Under the pieces are notes generated by a model that was given only the letters and a program-made list of their open reading frames with translations, searched no databases and had not been told where the DNA came from. A DNA stretch of 64,000 nucleotides from Halorussus marinus (GTDB lineage: Archaea > Halobacteriota > Halobacteria > Halobacteriales > Haladaptataceae): assembly GCF_004765795.1 (NCBI RefSeq), contig NZ_SBIV01000008.1, positions 62,001 through 126,000 of the forward strand, written 5' to 3'. Positions within the stretch are counted from its first letter, which is position 1, and every line of letters starts with the position of its first letter. Shown piece by piece: positions 18,070-27,098 of the stretch. Both the position numbers and the translations under genes were made by a program.

Positions 18070-18355
18070 AGCCGGCCTGTTGAACGCGGCCGCCGACGTC
18101 GGGCTGGTGGTCGTGAGCGGGCTCTGTGTCCTCTGTAGCTACCGTGCGATCCGCGGCCCGACCGTCCCCGATCGGGTGGTCGCGCTGGACACCATCGCGA
18201 CGAACGTCGTCGCCATCGCGGTGCTGTTCGCGCTCAAGACCGGCCGGGGGCTGTTCGTGACCGTCAGCCTCGTGTTGGCGATCATCGGCTTCCTCTCGAC
18301 GGTCATCGTGGCGAAGTTCGTCACCGAAGGCGACATCATCGAGCGACGCGAGTAA
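18050..18355 (+). CDS. mrpF: Mrp antiporter subunit F
   Basis: Motif 'RGPTVPDRVVALD'. Confidence 0.92.
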   Translation: MATVAAEAGLLNAAADVGLVVVSGLCVLCSYRAIRGPTVPDRVVALDTIATNVVAIAVLFALKTGRGLFVTVSLVLAIIGFLSTVIVAKFVTEGDIIERRE

Positions 18356-18470
18356 TCATGCTCCGAAACCACAGCAGATCGGCGAGTTCACACCGCCGCG
18401 ATCGAGCGACTCCGGACGCACCGCTCCCGACCGCCACCGAGATTCCGGACCCGCGGGGTCCGGGAGGCGC

Positions 18471-18809
18471 GTGAGGATGGTCGCGGTACGCGCCGCGATC
18501 GCGGTCGGGCTCGTCGCCGTCGGCTGTTTCTTCCTCGCGGTGGGGACGCTGGGACTGCTCCGGCTCCCGAACGTCTACAACCGGATGCACGCCACCAGCA
18601 AGCCGACGACGCTCGGGACCGCCTCGATCTTCCTCGCGGGGTTCGTCCGGTTCGGTCCCGGCGGCGCCGGACTCACCTCGCTGGTCGGGATCGCCTTCCT
18701 GTTCCTGACGGTGCCGACCGGCGCTCACATGATCTCGCGGTCGGCCCAGCGCACCGGCGTCCCCTTCCTCGGGAACGTGACGTGGCCGGGCAAGTCCGAC
18801 GACGAGTAG
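18471..18809 (+). CDS. mrpG: Mrp antiporter subunit G
   Basis: Motifs 'GLLRLPNVYNRMHATSKPTTLG' and 'LTVPTGAHMI'. Confidence 0.92.
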   Translation: MRMVAVRAAIAVGLVAVGCFFLAVGTLGLLRLPNVYNRMHATSKPTTLGTASIFLAGFVRFGPGGAGLTSLVGIAFLFLTVPTGAHMISRSAQRTGVPFLGNVTWPGKSDDE

Positions 18810-18872
18810 CGATCGAGCCCACCGGCCGTCCCGACAGTACGATTACGGGGTTCCAGAGAGAAAGAGACGCTC

Positions 18873-19547
18873 ATGGCCAGAGAACCGACGACCGACGACT
18901 CGATCGCGTCGGCGCCGACCGCCGACCGCCACCGCCAGTCGCTCGCGGACATCCGCGAGACCTACGCCGAGAACGCCTCCACGATGGCGCGGCTGGGGTG
19001 GCTCGACCGACTGATCACGGGGCGCTACCGGCGCTCGGCCTTCCGGACCGCCGAGGGCCGCGTGCTTGACGTCGCCTGTGGCACCGCGACGAACTACCGC
19101 GCCCTCCCGGACGGGACCGAGTACGTCGGGATCGACCTCAGCCCGGAGATGCTCGACGCGGCGGCCGACCGCCACCCCGAACTGGAGCGCGGAGAGACGC
19201 TGTTCGAGATGGACGCCCAGTCGCTCGCGTTCCCCGACGACAGCTTCGAGACGGTCGTCTCCTCGCTGTCGACCTGTACGTTCCCCGACCCGCTCGCGGC
19301 GCTGGCGGAGATGAGCCGAGTGTGTGCGCCGGACGGACAAGTCCTGTTGCTCGAACACGGCCGAAGCGACGTCGGGGCGATCGCGCGGTTTCAGGACTGG
19401 CGGGCCGACGCCCACTTCGAGAAGCACAACTGCCGGTGGAATCAGGAACCGCTCGACCTCGTCTCGGGGTCCGAACTCGCGGTCCGAGAGTACGCGACGT
19501 GGGCGTTCGGGATCCTCACCGGCATCCGAGCCGAGCCCGGCGAGTAG
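18873..19547 (+). CDS. Class I SAM-dependent methyltransferase
   Basis: Motifs 'VLDVACGT', 'GIDLSPEML', 'FPDDSFETVV' and 'LLEHGRS'. Confidence 0.9.
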   Translation: MAREPTTDDSIASAPTADRHRQSLADIRETYAENASTMARLGWLDRLITGRYRRSAFRTAEGRVLDVACGTATNYRALPDGTEYVGIDLSPEMLDAAADRHPELERGETLFEMDAQSLAFPDDSFETVVSSLSTCTFPDPLAALAEMSRVCAPDGQVLLLEHGRSDVGAIARFQDWRADAHFEKHNCRWNQEPLDLVSGSELAVREYATWAFGILTGIRAEPGE

Positions 19548-19613
19548 CCCCGTCGGAGCCGACCCTTCCATGGTAGGTACAACGCTAATGTGGGTTCTCC
19601 GGTGACCCACCGT

Positions 19614-20198
19614 ATGCACGAGACCGAGATCAAGGTCGCCGACGCCGACTTCGAGGCGGGGGACGAAGCCCTCCTCGCGCTCGGTCGCGACGCAGGACTC
19701 CTCGAGTTCGAGGAGCTTTCGGGGCAGGGCGACGACGGGGTCGTCCAGATGCGAGTCGAGTCGCGGTGCGACGAGCGGCGCCTCTCGTCGCTGGAGTACG
19801 TCGATCAGTGGACCCACGTCGCCGACCGAGAGGGCTCGCACCTGTACGTCGTCTCCGTGAGCGCACCGCCATCCCCAGAACGGCGACGCGATCCGAGCGA
19901 GGGCCGCGTCGGACCCGAGAGCGGTGTCGCCGGGCGGCTCGGCGACGACGGGGACGCCGGAGCCGCCCCGAAACTCCGGGCGGCCGGCGAGTCGGACGGT
20001 CGGGGTCGTCCGCTCTACTGCCTGACCAACCGACAGCGCGAGGTCGTCGAGACGGCGTGGGAGATGGGCTACTACGAGGTCCCCCGCGAGGTGCCGGCGA
20101 GCGCGGTCGCCGCCGAACTGGGTCTGGACGGCTCGACGGTCAGCGAGCACCTCCAGCGCGCCGAGCGAAACCTCCTCTCGGAACTCCTGTCGGACTGA
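19614..20198 (+). CDS. Bat-like HTH-10 transcriptional regulator, short, middle possibly degenerate
   Basis: C-terminal 'LTNRQREVVETAWEMGYYEVPR...STVSEHLQRAE'; start ATG 19614. Confidence 0.85.
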   Translation: MHETEIKVADADFEAGDEALLALGRDAGLLEFEELSGQGDDGVVQMRVESRCDERRLSSLEYVDQWTHVADREGSHLYVVSVSAPPSPERRRDPSEGRVGPESGVAGRLGDDGDAGAAPKLRAAGESDGRGRPLYCLTNRQREVVETAWEMGYYEVPREVPASAVAAELGLDGSTVSEHLQRAERNLLSELLSD

Positions 20199-20225
20199 GC
20201 CTCGACCCCGGGTCGGACTCGGGGG

Positions 20226-21188
20226 CTACCGCCGGAGTCGGGCGAGGGTCTCGCCGTCGGACTCGACGGCCTCGACAAGCCCGTCGTCTTCGAGGTCCGC
20301 GATCAGCCCTCGGAGCCACTCGCGGCCGTACTCGGCGTCCGAATCGCCGTTCTCGTCGGCCGAGCCGTCGCTGACTCCCGGCACGTAGTCGACCCGGACG
20401 CGGGGCCCGAGCTTCGACAGCGGCAGTTCCTCGTACTCTTTCAGCGCCGAGATCACGCGCCCGCGCATCTGGCGGCGCGACCCCTCGAAGCTCGGCTGGG
20501 TGGGAACGTCGGGCGCGGTGAAGTCGCCGGTCTCGTAGGCGTGACACCACTCGCGCCACGGACAGCCCGCCGCGTCGCAGTTCGGTGACTTCTCGCAGGC
20601 GACGCCGCCCAGTTCCATGATCGCGTTGTTCCAGACCCGGGACTCGCCGGCGGGCATGAGCGCGCCGGCGGCGGCCTCGAAGGCCGCGTCGTCGTCTGGC
20701 ACGTCGAACGCCCGATGGAGGACCCGCTTGACGTTGGTGTCGACCACGGCGTCGCCGTTGTCGAACGCGAACGACGCGACTGCGTTGGCGGTGTACGGGC
20801 CGACGCCCATCAGGTCCTGAAGGCCCTCGGGCGTCGTCGGGAACTCGCCGTCGTATTCGTCGACCACCTGACCCGCGGCCTCGTGGAGGTACTTCGCGCG
20901 GTTGTTGTACCCGAGGCTGTGGTCGGTCCAGAACCCGACCACGTCGGCCCGGTCGGCCGCCGCGAGGTCGGCCGGCGTCGGCCACCGGTCGAGAAACGCC
21001 GCCCACGCCTCGACGACCCGGCCGAGCTGGGTCTGCTGGCTCATGACTTCCGAGACCAGAATCTCGTAGGGGTCGTCGGTCTCGCGCCACGGGAACGACC
21101 GGTGGTCGGCCTCGTACCACGAGACGAGGGCGTCCCGGACCGCCCCGCGGTCGTCGGGTAGCGACCAGTCGGACTGGGCGTCGCTCAT
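20226..21188 (-). CDS. mutY: A/G-specific adenine DNA glycosylase
   Basis: Motifs 'PYEILVSEVMSQQTQ', HhH 'LMGVGPYTA', 'VVDTNVKRV' and Fe-S motif C-x6-C-x4-CP-x4-C. Confidence 0.92.
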   Translation of the reverse strand: MSDAQSDWSLPDDRGAVRDALVSWYEADHRSFPWRETDDPYEILVSEVMSQQTQLGRVVEAWAAFLDRWPTPADLAAADRADVVGFWTDHSLGYNNRAKYLHEAAGQVVDEYDGEFPTTPEGLQDLMGVGPYTANAVASFAFDNGDAVVDTNVKRVLHRAFDVPDDDAAFEAAAGALMPAGESRVWNNAIMELGGVACEKSPNCDAAGCPWREWCHAYETGDFTAPDVPTQPSFEGSRRQMRGRVISALKEYEELPLSKLGPRVRVDYVPGVSDGSADENGDSDAEYGREWLRGLIADLEDDGLVEAVESDGETLARLRR

Positions 21189-21246
21189 TGGCCCCCGATA
21201 GGAACGAGTCGACTAAAGGCGCGGCGGTTCGGAGCCGGGCGGAGCG

Positions 21247-21510
21247 TTACTGGCGCGCCCGGTCTCGGACCGTCCGGGCCGCCTCCGAGAGCTCGCCCGA
21301 GCCGTACGTGTCGATGCCAAGCGCCTCGTTGGCCGGACACCGCTGGGTCAGTCCGGTGGCGGTGAGCACCCCGCCGACGCCCAACGCCGCGAGCGCGACC
21401 GCGGGTCTGAGTCGGAGGCTCCCGAGCGCCGATCCGACCGCGGCGACCACGAGAAGCGGCCCGAGGGTGATCCGGACGCCCTGATCGAGTCCGCCGACGT
21501 TTCGCTTCAT
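21247..21510 (-). CDS. YgaP/DUF2892-family small membrane protein
   Basis: 'MKRNVGGLDQGVR' with 2 TM segments and 'CPANEALGIDT'. Confidence 0.85.
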   Translation of the reverse strand: MKRNVGGLDQGVRITLGPLLVVAAVGSALGSLRLRPAVALAALGVGGVLTATGLTQRCPANEALGIDTYGSGELSEAARTVRDRARQ

Positions 21511-21585
21511 GTGTCTCGGACTGAGCGACGACGCCGGATCACTTGAAGCTATCGCGAAAACCGACTCCCGGGAACGCGAGGCCAC

Positions 21586-22416
21586 CTACCCGCCGTACTT
21601 GAGCGCCGACCACGCCGCGAACACCGCGACCCCGCCGAGGGTCGTGCTCAGGACCGCCTGCGTCCGGAGCCGGTCGAGCAGCGAGTGGGCGTGGTCGTCG
21701 ACCTGCGCGACCTCGTAGACCTCGCCGCCGAGTTCGCACTCGGGCAGGAAGTCCATCGCGACGTGGAGGAACACGCCCGCCGCGAAGCCGAAGACCACGC
21801 CGTTCACCGGGCCGCTACTCGGCAGAGTCAGGAGCGCGGCCGGAATCGCGGTGATGCCGACCCCCGCCGCGGGGAGCAACAGCATCGAGACGTGCTTGTC
21901 CGCCCGCCGGAGCCGGTTTGCGGCGGCGTAGCCCGCCGGCCCCTTGTGCGAGACGATGGCGAGTCCGAGCAGGAGACCGGGATCGGGCATGTTGCCGTAG
22001 ACGAGCCCGATGATCGCCCCGGCGGCAAGCGAGTGGGCGGTGAGCTCGGCCGCGGTGCGGTCGAACGGCAGGTCGACGTGGGTCACCCGGTGGCCGAGGG
22101 TGTGGGCGCCGAACCCGACCAGCACGCCGAGCGCGATGCCGAACCCGCCGAACTTGGCGTGGTGGGAGATCGCGTCGGGGACGATGAACACCGCCGCGCT
22201 CGTGATCATCGCGCCGCTCGCCAGCCCGTACCCCCAGACCAGCCGCCCCGCGTCGGTCGAGGCCGCGGCGCGCTCGCCGAGCAGTCCGGCCCCCGCCATC
22301 GCGACGAACGCCACCCACGCGATGACGACGACCTTCCCGGCGCCGCCCCGGATCGCGAGCGGCGTCAGCGCGACGAGCGCGAGCAGTCCCAGAACGCCGA
22401 GTCGAGAGAATCGCAT
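21586..22416 (-). CDS. ZIP-family divalent metal transporter
   Basis: Motifs 'GLASGAMI', 'AIVSHKGPAG' and 'GFAAGVFLHVAMDFLPE'; ~8 TM segments. Confidence 0.85.
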   Translation of the reverse strand: MRFSRLGVLGLLALVALTPLAIRGGAGKVVVIAWVAFVAMAGAGLLGERAAASTDAGRLVWGYGLASGAMITSAAVFIVPDAISHHAKFGGFGIALGVLVGFGAHTLGHRVTHVDLPFDRTAAELTAHSLAAGAIIGLVYGNMPDPGLLLGLAIVSHKGPAGYAAANRLRRADKHVSMLLLPAAGVGITAIPAALLTLPSSGPVNGVVFGFAAGVFLHVAMDFLPECELGGEVYEVAQVDDHAHSLLDRLRTQAVLSTTLGGVAVFAAWSALKYGG

Positions 22417-22418
22417 TG

Positions 22419-22446
22419 TTGTTAACCAGATCTGAGAAGTTAATAA
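22419..22446. promoter_or_regulatory. AT-rich imperfect inverted repeat over the ZIP promoter
   Basis: TTGTTAAC-N12-GTTAATAA with an internal CAGATCTG palindrome, immediately upstream of ATG 22416. Confidence 0.5.
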
Positions 22447-22502
22447 GGCCGTCGGTCGCGGCCCGGTCGACCGGCGCCGAGGAGTTCGCGGCGACGGGCG
22501 GC

Positions 22503-23198
22503 TCACGCCGTCGCTTTCTTGTACTCGCGGAGCCCCACGATCTCGCCGTCGAGGTCCTCGGCCGGCGCGTCGGTCGCGGCCCAGTGGACGAGGCCGGCCG
22601 CATCGGCGGGATCACGCCCCGTGCCGCCGGTGAGGTCCGTCGCGACCTGCCCCGGATCGACGATCCCGACCGTCCGGTCGAGTTCGGCCGCGAACCCGCG
22701 CGCGATCGCCTCCGCGCCGGCCTTCGAGACGGCGTAGGCCCCGTACCCCGGCTTGGCCTCCCGAGCGACGCGTCCGGACGGCACCAGCACCCGCGCGTCC
22801 GGCGCGAGATGGGGTATCGCCTCTCGGATCGCGGTGAACACCCCGCGCGCGTTCGTCCGGAGCGTGTCGTCGAAGGCGGCGTACGACTCCCGGTCGAGGG
22901 GCGTCTCGCCCGGGCGCCCGTGATAGACGCCCGCGCACGCGACCACCACGTCGATGCCGCGCTCGCTCCCCCGGGCGGCGGTCTCCATCAGTCGCTCCAC
23001 GTCGTACTCGTCGCGCACGTCGGCCCGGAGCGCCTCGGCGTCGCCGCCCGCCGCCTCGACGTCCGCGACCAGTTCGTCGAGCCCGTCGCTCTCGCGGGCG
23101 CAGACGACCACTCGCGCGCCCTCCTCGGCGAACCGTCGGGCGACCGCCTCGCCGATGCCACGACTCGCGCCGGTCACGACCGCAGTCTGTCCGTCCAT
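22503..23198 (-). CDS. SDR-family oxidoreductase
   Basis: Motifs 'TGASRGIG' and 'YAVSK'. Confidence 0.92.
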   Translation of the reverse strand: MDGQTAVVTGASRGIGEAVARRFAEEGARVVVCARESDGLDELVADVEAAGGDAEALRADVRDEYDVERLMETAARGSERGIDVVVACAGVYHGRPGETPLDRESYAAFDDTLRTNARGVFTAIREAIPHLAPDARVLVPSGRVAREAKPGYGAYAVSKAGAEAIARGFAAELDRTVGIVDPGQVATDLTGGTGRDPADAAGLVHWAATDAPAEDLDGEIVGLREYKKATA

Positions 23199-23268
23199 AC
23201 CGTCTCGGAAGGGCTCGGGCCCCAAACCGGTTTCCGTCCCGGGGTGGGTGGCCCGGCGTCAGCCGCGA

Positions 23269-23532
23269 TCACTCGAAGACCGGGCTGTCGTCTTCCATCG
23301 CCTCGATGTCGGCGGCGATCTCCCGGACCTCTTCGGGAAACAGCGCGACCTGCACCTCGTTGCCCTCCTCGTCCTCGCAGACGATCTTGACGCGCTTGTC
23401 GCCGAACTCCCGTGCCTCGGCCGACTCGACGTCGAACAGCTTCGCGCTCGCGGTCTTGTTCGAGGGGCCGACGTTCTGGATGGCGCCGTCCTTGAGTTCG
23501 ACCATGAAGTCCTCGACGATGAGATTGAGCAT
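23269..23532 (-). CDS. Conserved haloarchaeal hypothetical protein
   Basis: 87-aa acidic ORF with strong codon bias; TATA box (TATAAG) ~25 nt upstream. Confidence 0.75.
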   Translation of the reverse strand: MLNLIVEDFMVELKDGAIQNVGPSNKTASAKLFDVESAEAREFGDKRVKIVCEDEEGNEVQVALFPEEVREIAADIEAMEDDSPVFE

Positions 23533-23593
23533 GCGCCCGGAGTTCGCGGGCCGCGGCCTTATAGATGGGCGGACGGACCGACGCCGCCCGCGC

Positions 23594-24247
23594 TCACGCC
23601 ACCGGCAGGCAGAGTTCGAATCCGAGTTCGACCGCGCGCAGACAGATCTCGTCGCCCCGCACGACGAGCAGTTCCTCGAACGCCGCGATCCCCCGGAAGG
23701 CGTAGCCGAACACCAGCGCCGCCGGGATCGCGCCCGCGAGCACCGCCCGGAGCGTCGAGGTGGCGTGGACGGTCCGGAGTCCGATCACGAACAGCACCGA
23801 GCCGTATATCGCGCAGGCGGCCCTGAGCGTGGGGCTCGGGACGCCGGCGAGCACGCAAGGGGCGGTCGCGTACCCGATGACCTGCACCGTCTCGCTGATT
23901 CCGCCCCGATCGGGGACCGCCGCGATGAGCAACAGCGTCTGGAGCGCCGCGGTGAGGTGGAGGGCGGCGGGCGCGACGAACAGGACCGCCAACAGCAGGC
24001 CGAGCAGTGCCGAGAGGCCGGGCTGACCGCCGATGACCGGCGCCGCGCCCGGGACCAGCGCGAACCGGGTCGCCTCCTCGACGAGCACGACCGTCATCGC
24101 AAACACCAGTCCCGGCGCCTGATCGCCGGGGGCCACGCCGCGCTCGAAGAACCGGGTGGGTGCACGCAGTACCTCGATCCACGCGCGAGCGATCGCGGCC
24201 GGCCCGCGGTCGCGCCCGCCCGTGGGGTTCTCGACCCATTGGGTCAC
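23594..24247 (-). CDS. YIP1-family membrane protein
   Basis: GTG 24247 (MTQWVENPTGG...), 'APTRFF', 'ETVQVIGYATAP' and multiple TM segments; follows tdk. Confidence 0.75.
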   Translation of the reverse strand: MTQWVENPTGGRDRGPAAIARAWIEVLRAPTRFFERGVAPGDQAPGLVFAMTVVLVEEATRFALVPGAAPVIGGQPGLSALLGLLLAVLFVAPAALHLTAALQTLLLIAAVPDRGGISETVQVIGYATAPCVLAGVPSPTLRAACAIYGSVLFVIGLRTVHATSTLRAVLAGAIPAALVFGYAFRGIAAFEELLVVRGDEICLRAVELGFELCLPVA

Positions 24248-24254
24248 AGTCGAA

Positions 24255-24839
24255 CTACTCGGTTCGAAGGGTATGACAGTTGCGACATCGCGCCTCGTAG
24301 GACTCCTCGGCGCCGACCATGATGGTCGGGTCCTCGACGTGGGCGGGTTCGCCGTCGATGAGCCGCTGGTTTCGGGTCGCGGGCTCGCCACAGACCGCAC
24401 AGATGGCCTGATACTTGTCGACGTACTCAGCGAGCGCGATGAGCCGCGGCACCGGCTCGAACGGCTCGCCCCGGAACGTCTGGTCGGTGCCCGAGACGAT
24501 CACTCTGCGGTCGTCGGCCGCAAGCGCCTCGCAGACCTCGACCAACTCCTCGGAGAAGAAGTTCGCCTCGTCGATCGCGACCACCTGCTCGCCGTTGAGG
24601 CTCTCGGCGATCTCCCAGACGCCCGCCTCGGCGTCGACCACGGTCGCGTCCCACTGGCGACCGTTGTGCGAGCCCACGGTGGCGTCACCGTAGCGGTCGT
24701 CGAGAGCCGGCTTGAACACCGCGACCTCTTGGCCGGCGATCTCGGCCCGGCGGAGCCGGCGGAGCAGTTCCTCGGTCTTCCCGGAGAACATGCACCCGGT
24801 GACGACCTCGACCCACCCGCTGTTCGTTATCTTGTGCAC
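24255..24839 (-). CDS. tdk: Thymidine kinase
   Basis: Motifs 'GCMFSGKTEEL', 'IDEANFF', and Zn ligands CAVCG...RCRNC. Confidence 0.96.
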   Translation of the reverse strand: MHKITNSGWVEVVTGCMFSGKTEELLRRLRRAEIAGQEVAVFKPALDDRYGDATVGSHNGRQWDATVVDAEAGVWEIAESLNGEQVVAIDEANFFSEELVEVCEALAADDRRVIVSGTDQTFRGEPFEPVPRLIALAEYVDKYQAICAVCGEPATRNQRLIDGEPAHVEDPTIMVGAEESYEARCRNCHTLRTE

Positions 24840-25016
24840 GTCGAGAGTGCGCTCAAGCCTGCCTCAAAACTGTTGTCGATTCGGCCGCGTCGCCGGCGAT
24901 ATCGGGGACGGCCCGACCCGCCCCGGCGTCGGCGCGCGGTCACAGGGAGTGGTTACCCACTTACGGACCGTCGCAGGCGGCGTATACTGAAGCCCCGCGG
25001 CGTCGAGCGGGCACGT

Positions 25017-25229
25017 ATGCGGGCGGACGTCTGCTCGGACTGCGGCCGATCGCTCGACGGGTCGGTCGACCGCTACTTCAGCGTGCCCGCGGACGCCGAC
25101 GGCGAGCGAGCGTCGAGCGACGCAGGCGCCGTCTACTGTCGGGACTGCGGGTTCGTCCGGCTCAACTCGGACGCCTCGCTGCCCGCCGGCGCCCTGCGAG
25201 TCCACGCCCCGACCGGCCCGCGGCGGTAA
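25017..25229 (+). CDS. Small two-knuckle Zn-finger protein
   Basis: From ATG 25017: MRADVCSDCG...YCRDCG..., 70 aa; TATACT box ~30 nt upstream. Confidence 0.55.
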   Translation: MRADVCSDCGRSLDGSVDRYFSVPADADGERASSDAGAVYCRDCGFVRLNSDASLPAGALRVHAPTGPRR

Positions 25230-25409
25230 GCGACGGGCGCGTCGGCTCACCGCGACGGGCCGGGCGGTGTCGAGGGCGGGAACCGCGTCGCACGACCGTC
25301 TCGGGCGGGAACGCCGGCGTCGCCGAGCGACCGCTTTATTCTGAAAGACTGCTGGGTGAGAACATGCCGAATCACTATATGCGGATGTATTGTCTGTGGT
25401 GCTGGGGAA

Positions 25410-26972
25410 ATGACAACGAATCGGGGGAGAGTTTTCGCAGTCGTGTTCGCAGTGCTGTTGGCGGTGTCGATGGGGGCGCTGGGGGTACAGGGGTCGGTCG
25501 TGAGCCAGAGCGACGCTGACGGGGCCGGACCGGCGGCGGTCCAGACGTCGGCGGACGGGCTGAACCTGACCGCGTCGGGGTCGAACGTGATCGTGCCCGA
25601 TCACAACGTCACGACCACGTTCACGCTCGCGAACGACGGCGACGAGCCGGCCGCGAGTCCGGCGATCGAACTGGTCAGCGTGCCGGGCGAGTGGGAGGTC
25701 GTCGACCAGTCGGCCGGGGAGAACGTCACCTACAGCGAGTCCGAGCGGGCGTGGATCTCGACCGAGTCGCTCGCGCCCGGCGAGTCGATGACCGTCGAGG
25801 CGACGTTCCGGCTCGCGGCCGACGAGGCGCCGACCGAGTACTACGTCTCGGCGCGGGCCAGCGACGCCGGGGGCGGGTCCGACACGGCGGTCGTGACGTT
25901 CCCGGTCGATCGGGCCGAGGCGAACCTGACACTCGAGACCGGCGTCGCCGACACCGTCGCGCAGGGCGAGAACGTCACGATGGACGTGACCCTGCGAAAC
26001 GACGGCGAGGCCGACAGCACGGCGCCCGCCGTCGGCGTCGTGGTACCAGCCGGCTGGGCGATCGTCGACCAGTCGTCGGGGGAGAACGTCAACTTCAGCG
26101 AGGGCAACGCCGAGTGGCTCTCGACCGAACCGCTCGCGCCCGGCGAGTCGACGACCGTCTCGGCGGTGGTACGTCCGGCAGACGACGTGAAGCCGGGCGA
26201 GTACTACGTCTCGGTGCGAGGGTACGACGCCGACGGCGAGTCGGCCGTGAGCGCGGCGGCGATAACCGTCACCGAGGCGGCCGACGAGACGGCGACCGAG
26301 ACGACCGCGAGCGAGGAGACGACGGCCGCCGTCTCCGAGGAGACCACTGCGGCCGAGACGACGACCGACGCGCAAGCTGAGGGCGAAGCGACCGAGACGA
26401 CAGAAGCCGAAACGACCGCGGCCGAAGACAACGAAACGACCGCGGCCGAAGACAACGAGACGACCGCGGTCGAGGGCAATGAAACGACCGCGACCGAAGG
26501 CAATGAAACGACCGCGGCCGAAGCGGCGGCCCAGCCCCAAACCATCACCGAGACCGTCGACGCGACGTTCCTCGTCGACGGCGAGGCGGTGGCGAACGTG
26601 ACGCTGGAGGTCGCCGACTCGCCCGACGAGCGGGCGACTGGCCTGATGCACCGCGAGTCGCTGCCGGAGGACCGCGGGATGGTGTTCGTCTACGGCGAGG
26701 CCGACGAGCGGTCGTTCTGGATGAAGAACACGCTGATCCCGCTCGACATGGTGTTCGTCGACGCGAACGGCACCGTCCGCAACGTCGAGCACGCCGACCC
26801 GCCGGCGCCCGAGGCGTCCGACGACGAGCTCGCGACCTACGCCAGCGACGGCCCGGCGAAGTACGTCCTCGAGATGGAACAGGGGTTCGCTAACGAGACC
26901 GGCATCGGGCCGGGCGCGCAAGTCGAGTTCGACGTCGAGGGGTCCCTGGAGCCGAACCAGACCGACTCGTGA
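25410..26972 (+). CDS. Secreted protein: two Ig-like (NEW3/CARDB-like) repeats, Thr/Glu-rich linker, C-terminal DUF192 domain
   Basis: Signal peptide; duplicated 'VVDQSxGENV...WxSTExLAPGES...EYYVS'; DUF192 motifs 'GLMHRESLPEDRGMVFVY...FWMKNTLIPLDMVF...YVLEM'. Confidence 0.85.
   Translation: MTTNRGRVFAVVFAVLLAVSMGALGVQGSVVSQSDADGAGPAAVQTSADGLNLTASGSNVIVPDHNVTTTFTLANDGDEPAASPAIELVSVPGEWEVVDQSAGENVTYSESERAWISTESLAPGESMTVEATFRLAADEAPTEYYVSARASDAGGGSDTAVVTFPVDRAEANLTLETGVADTVAQGENVTMDVTLRNDGEADSTAPAVGVVVPAGWAIVDQSSGENVNFSEGNAEWLSTEPLAPGESTTVSAVVRPADDVKPGEYYVSVRGYDADGESAVSAAAITVTEAADETATETTASEETTAAVSEETTAAETTTDAQAEGEATETTEAETTAAEDNETTAAEDNETTAVEGNETTATEGNETTAAEAAAQPQTITETVDATFLVDGEAVANVTLEVADSPDERATGLMHRESLPEDRGMVFVYGEADERSFWMKNTLIPLDMVFVDANGTVRNVEHADPPAPEASDDELATYASDGPAKYVLEMEQGFANETGIGPGAQVEFDVEGSLEPNQTDS
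26409..26522 (+). repeat. 24-bp coding tandem repeat, about 4.75 copies (ETTAAEDN)
   Basis: GAAACGACCGCGGCCGAAGACAAC twice, followed by diverged copies. Confidence 0.85.
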
Positions 26973-27098
26973 ACGCGGTCGGCGCCTCGGCGGGCCGACC
27001 CGCCGCGCGCTCGACCTCACTAAGACTTTATAGCTGGCAGAAGGGAACAATGGAGAATATTGATTATCGAATGTGTTGGGTTACCACTGGGAAGTCGA

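Noticed and set aside
12649..18809. Membrane-bound hydrogenase (Mbh) or complex I
   Set aside because: Only the antiporter subunits A-G are present, with no NiFe or Fe-S subunits, so this is an Mrp antiporter.
26409..26522. CRISPR-like array
   Set aside because: Spacer-less 24-bp in-frame coding repeat with no cas genes; no CRISPR array was seen anywhere in the window.
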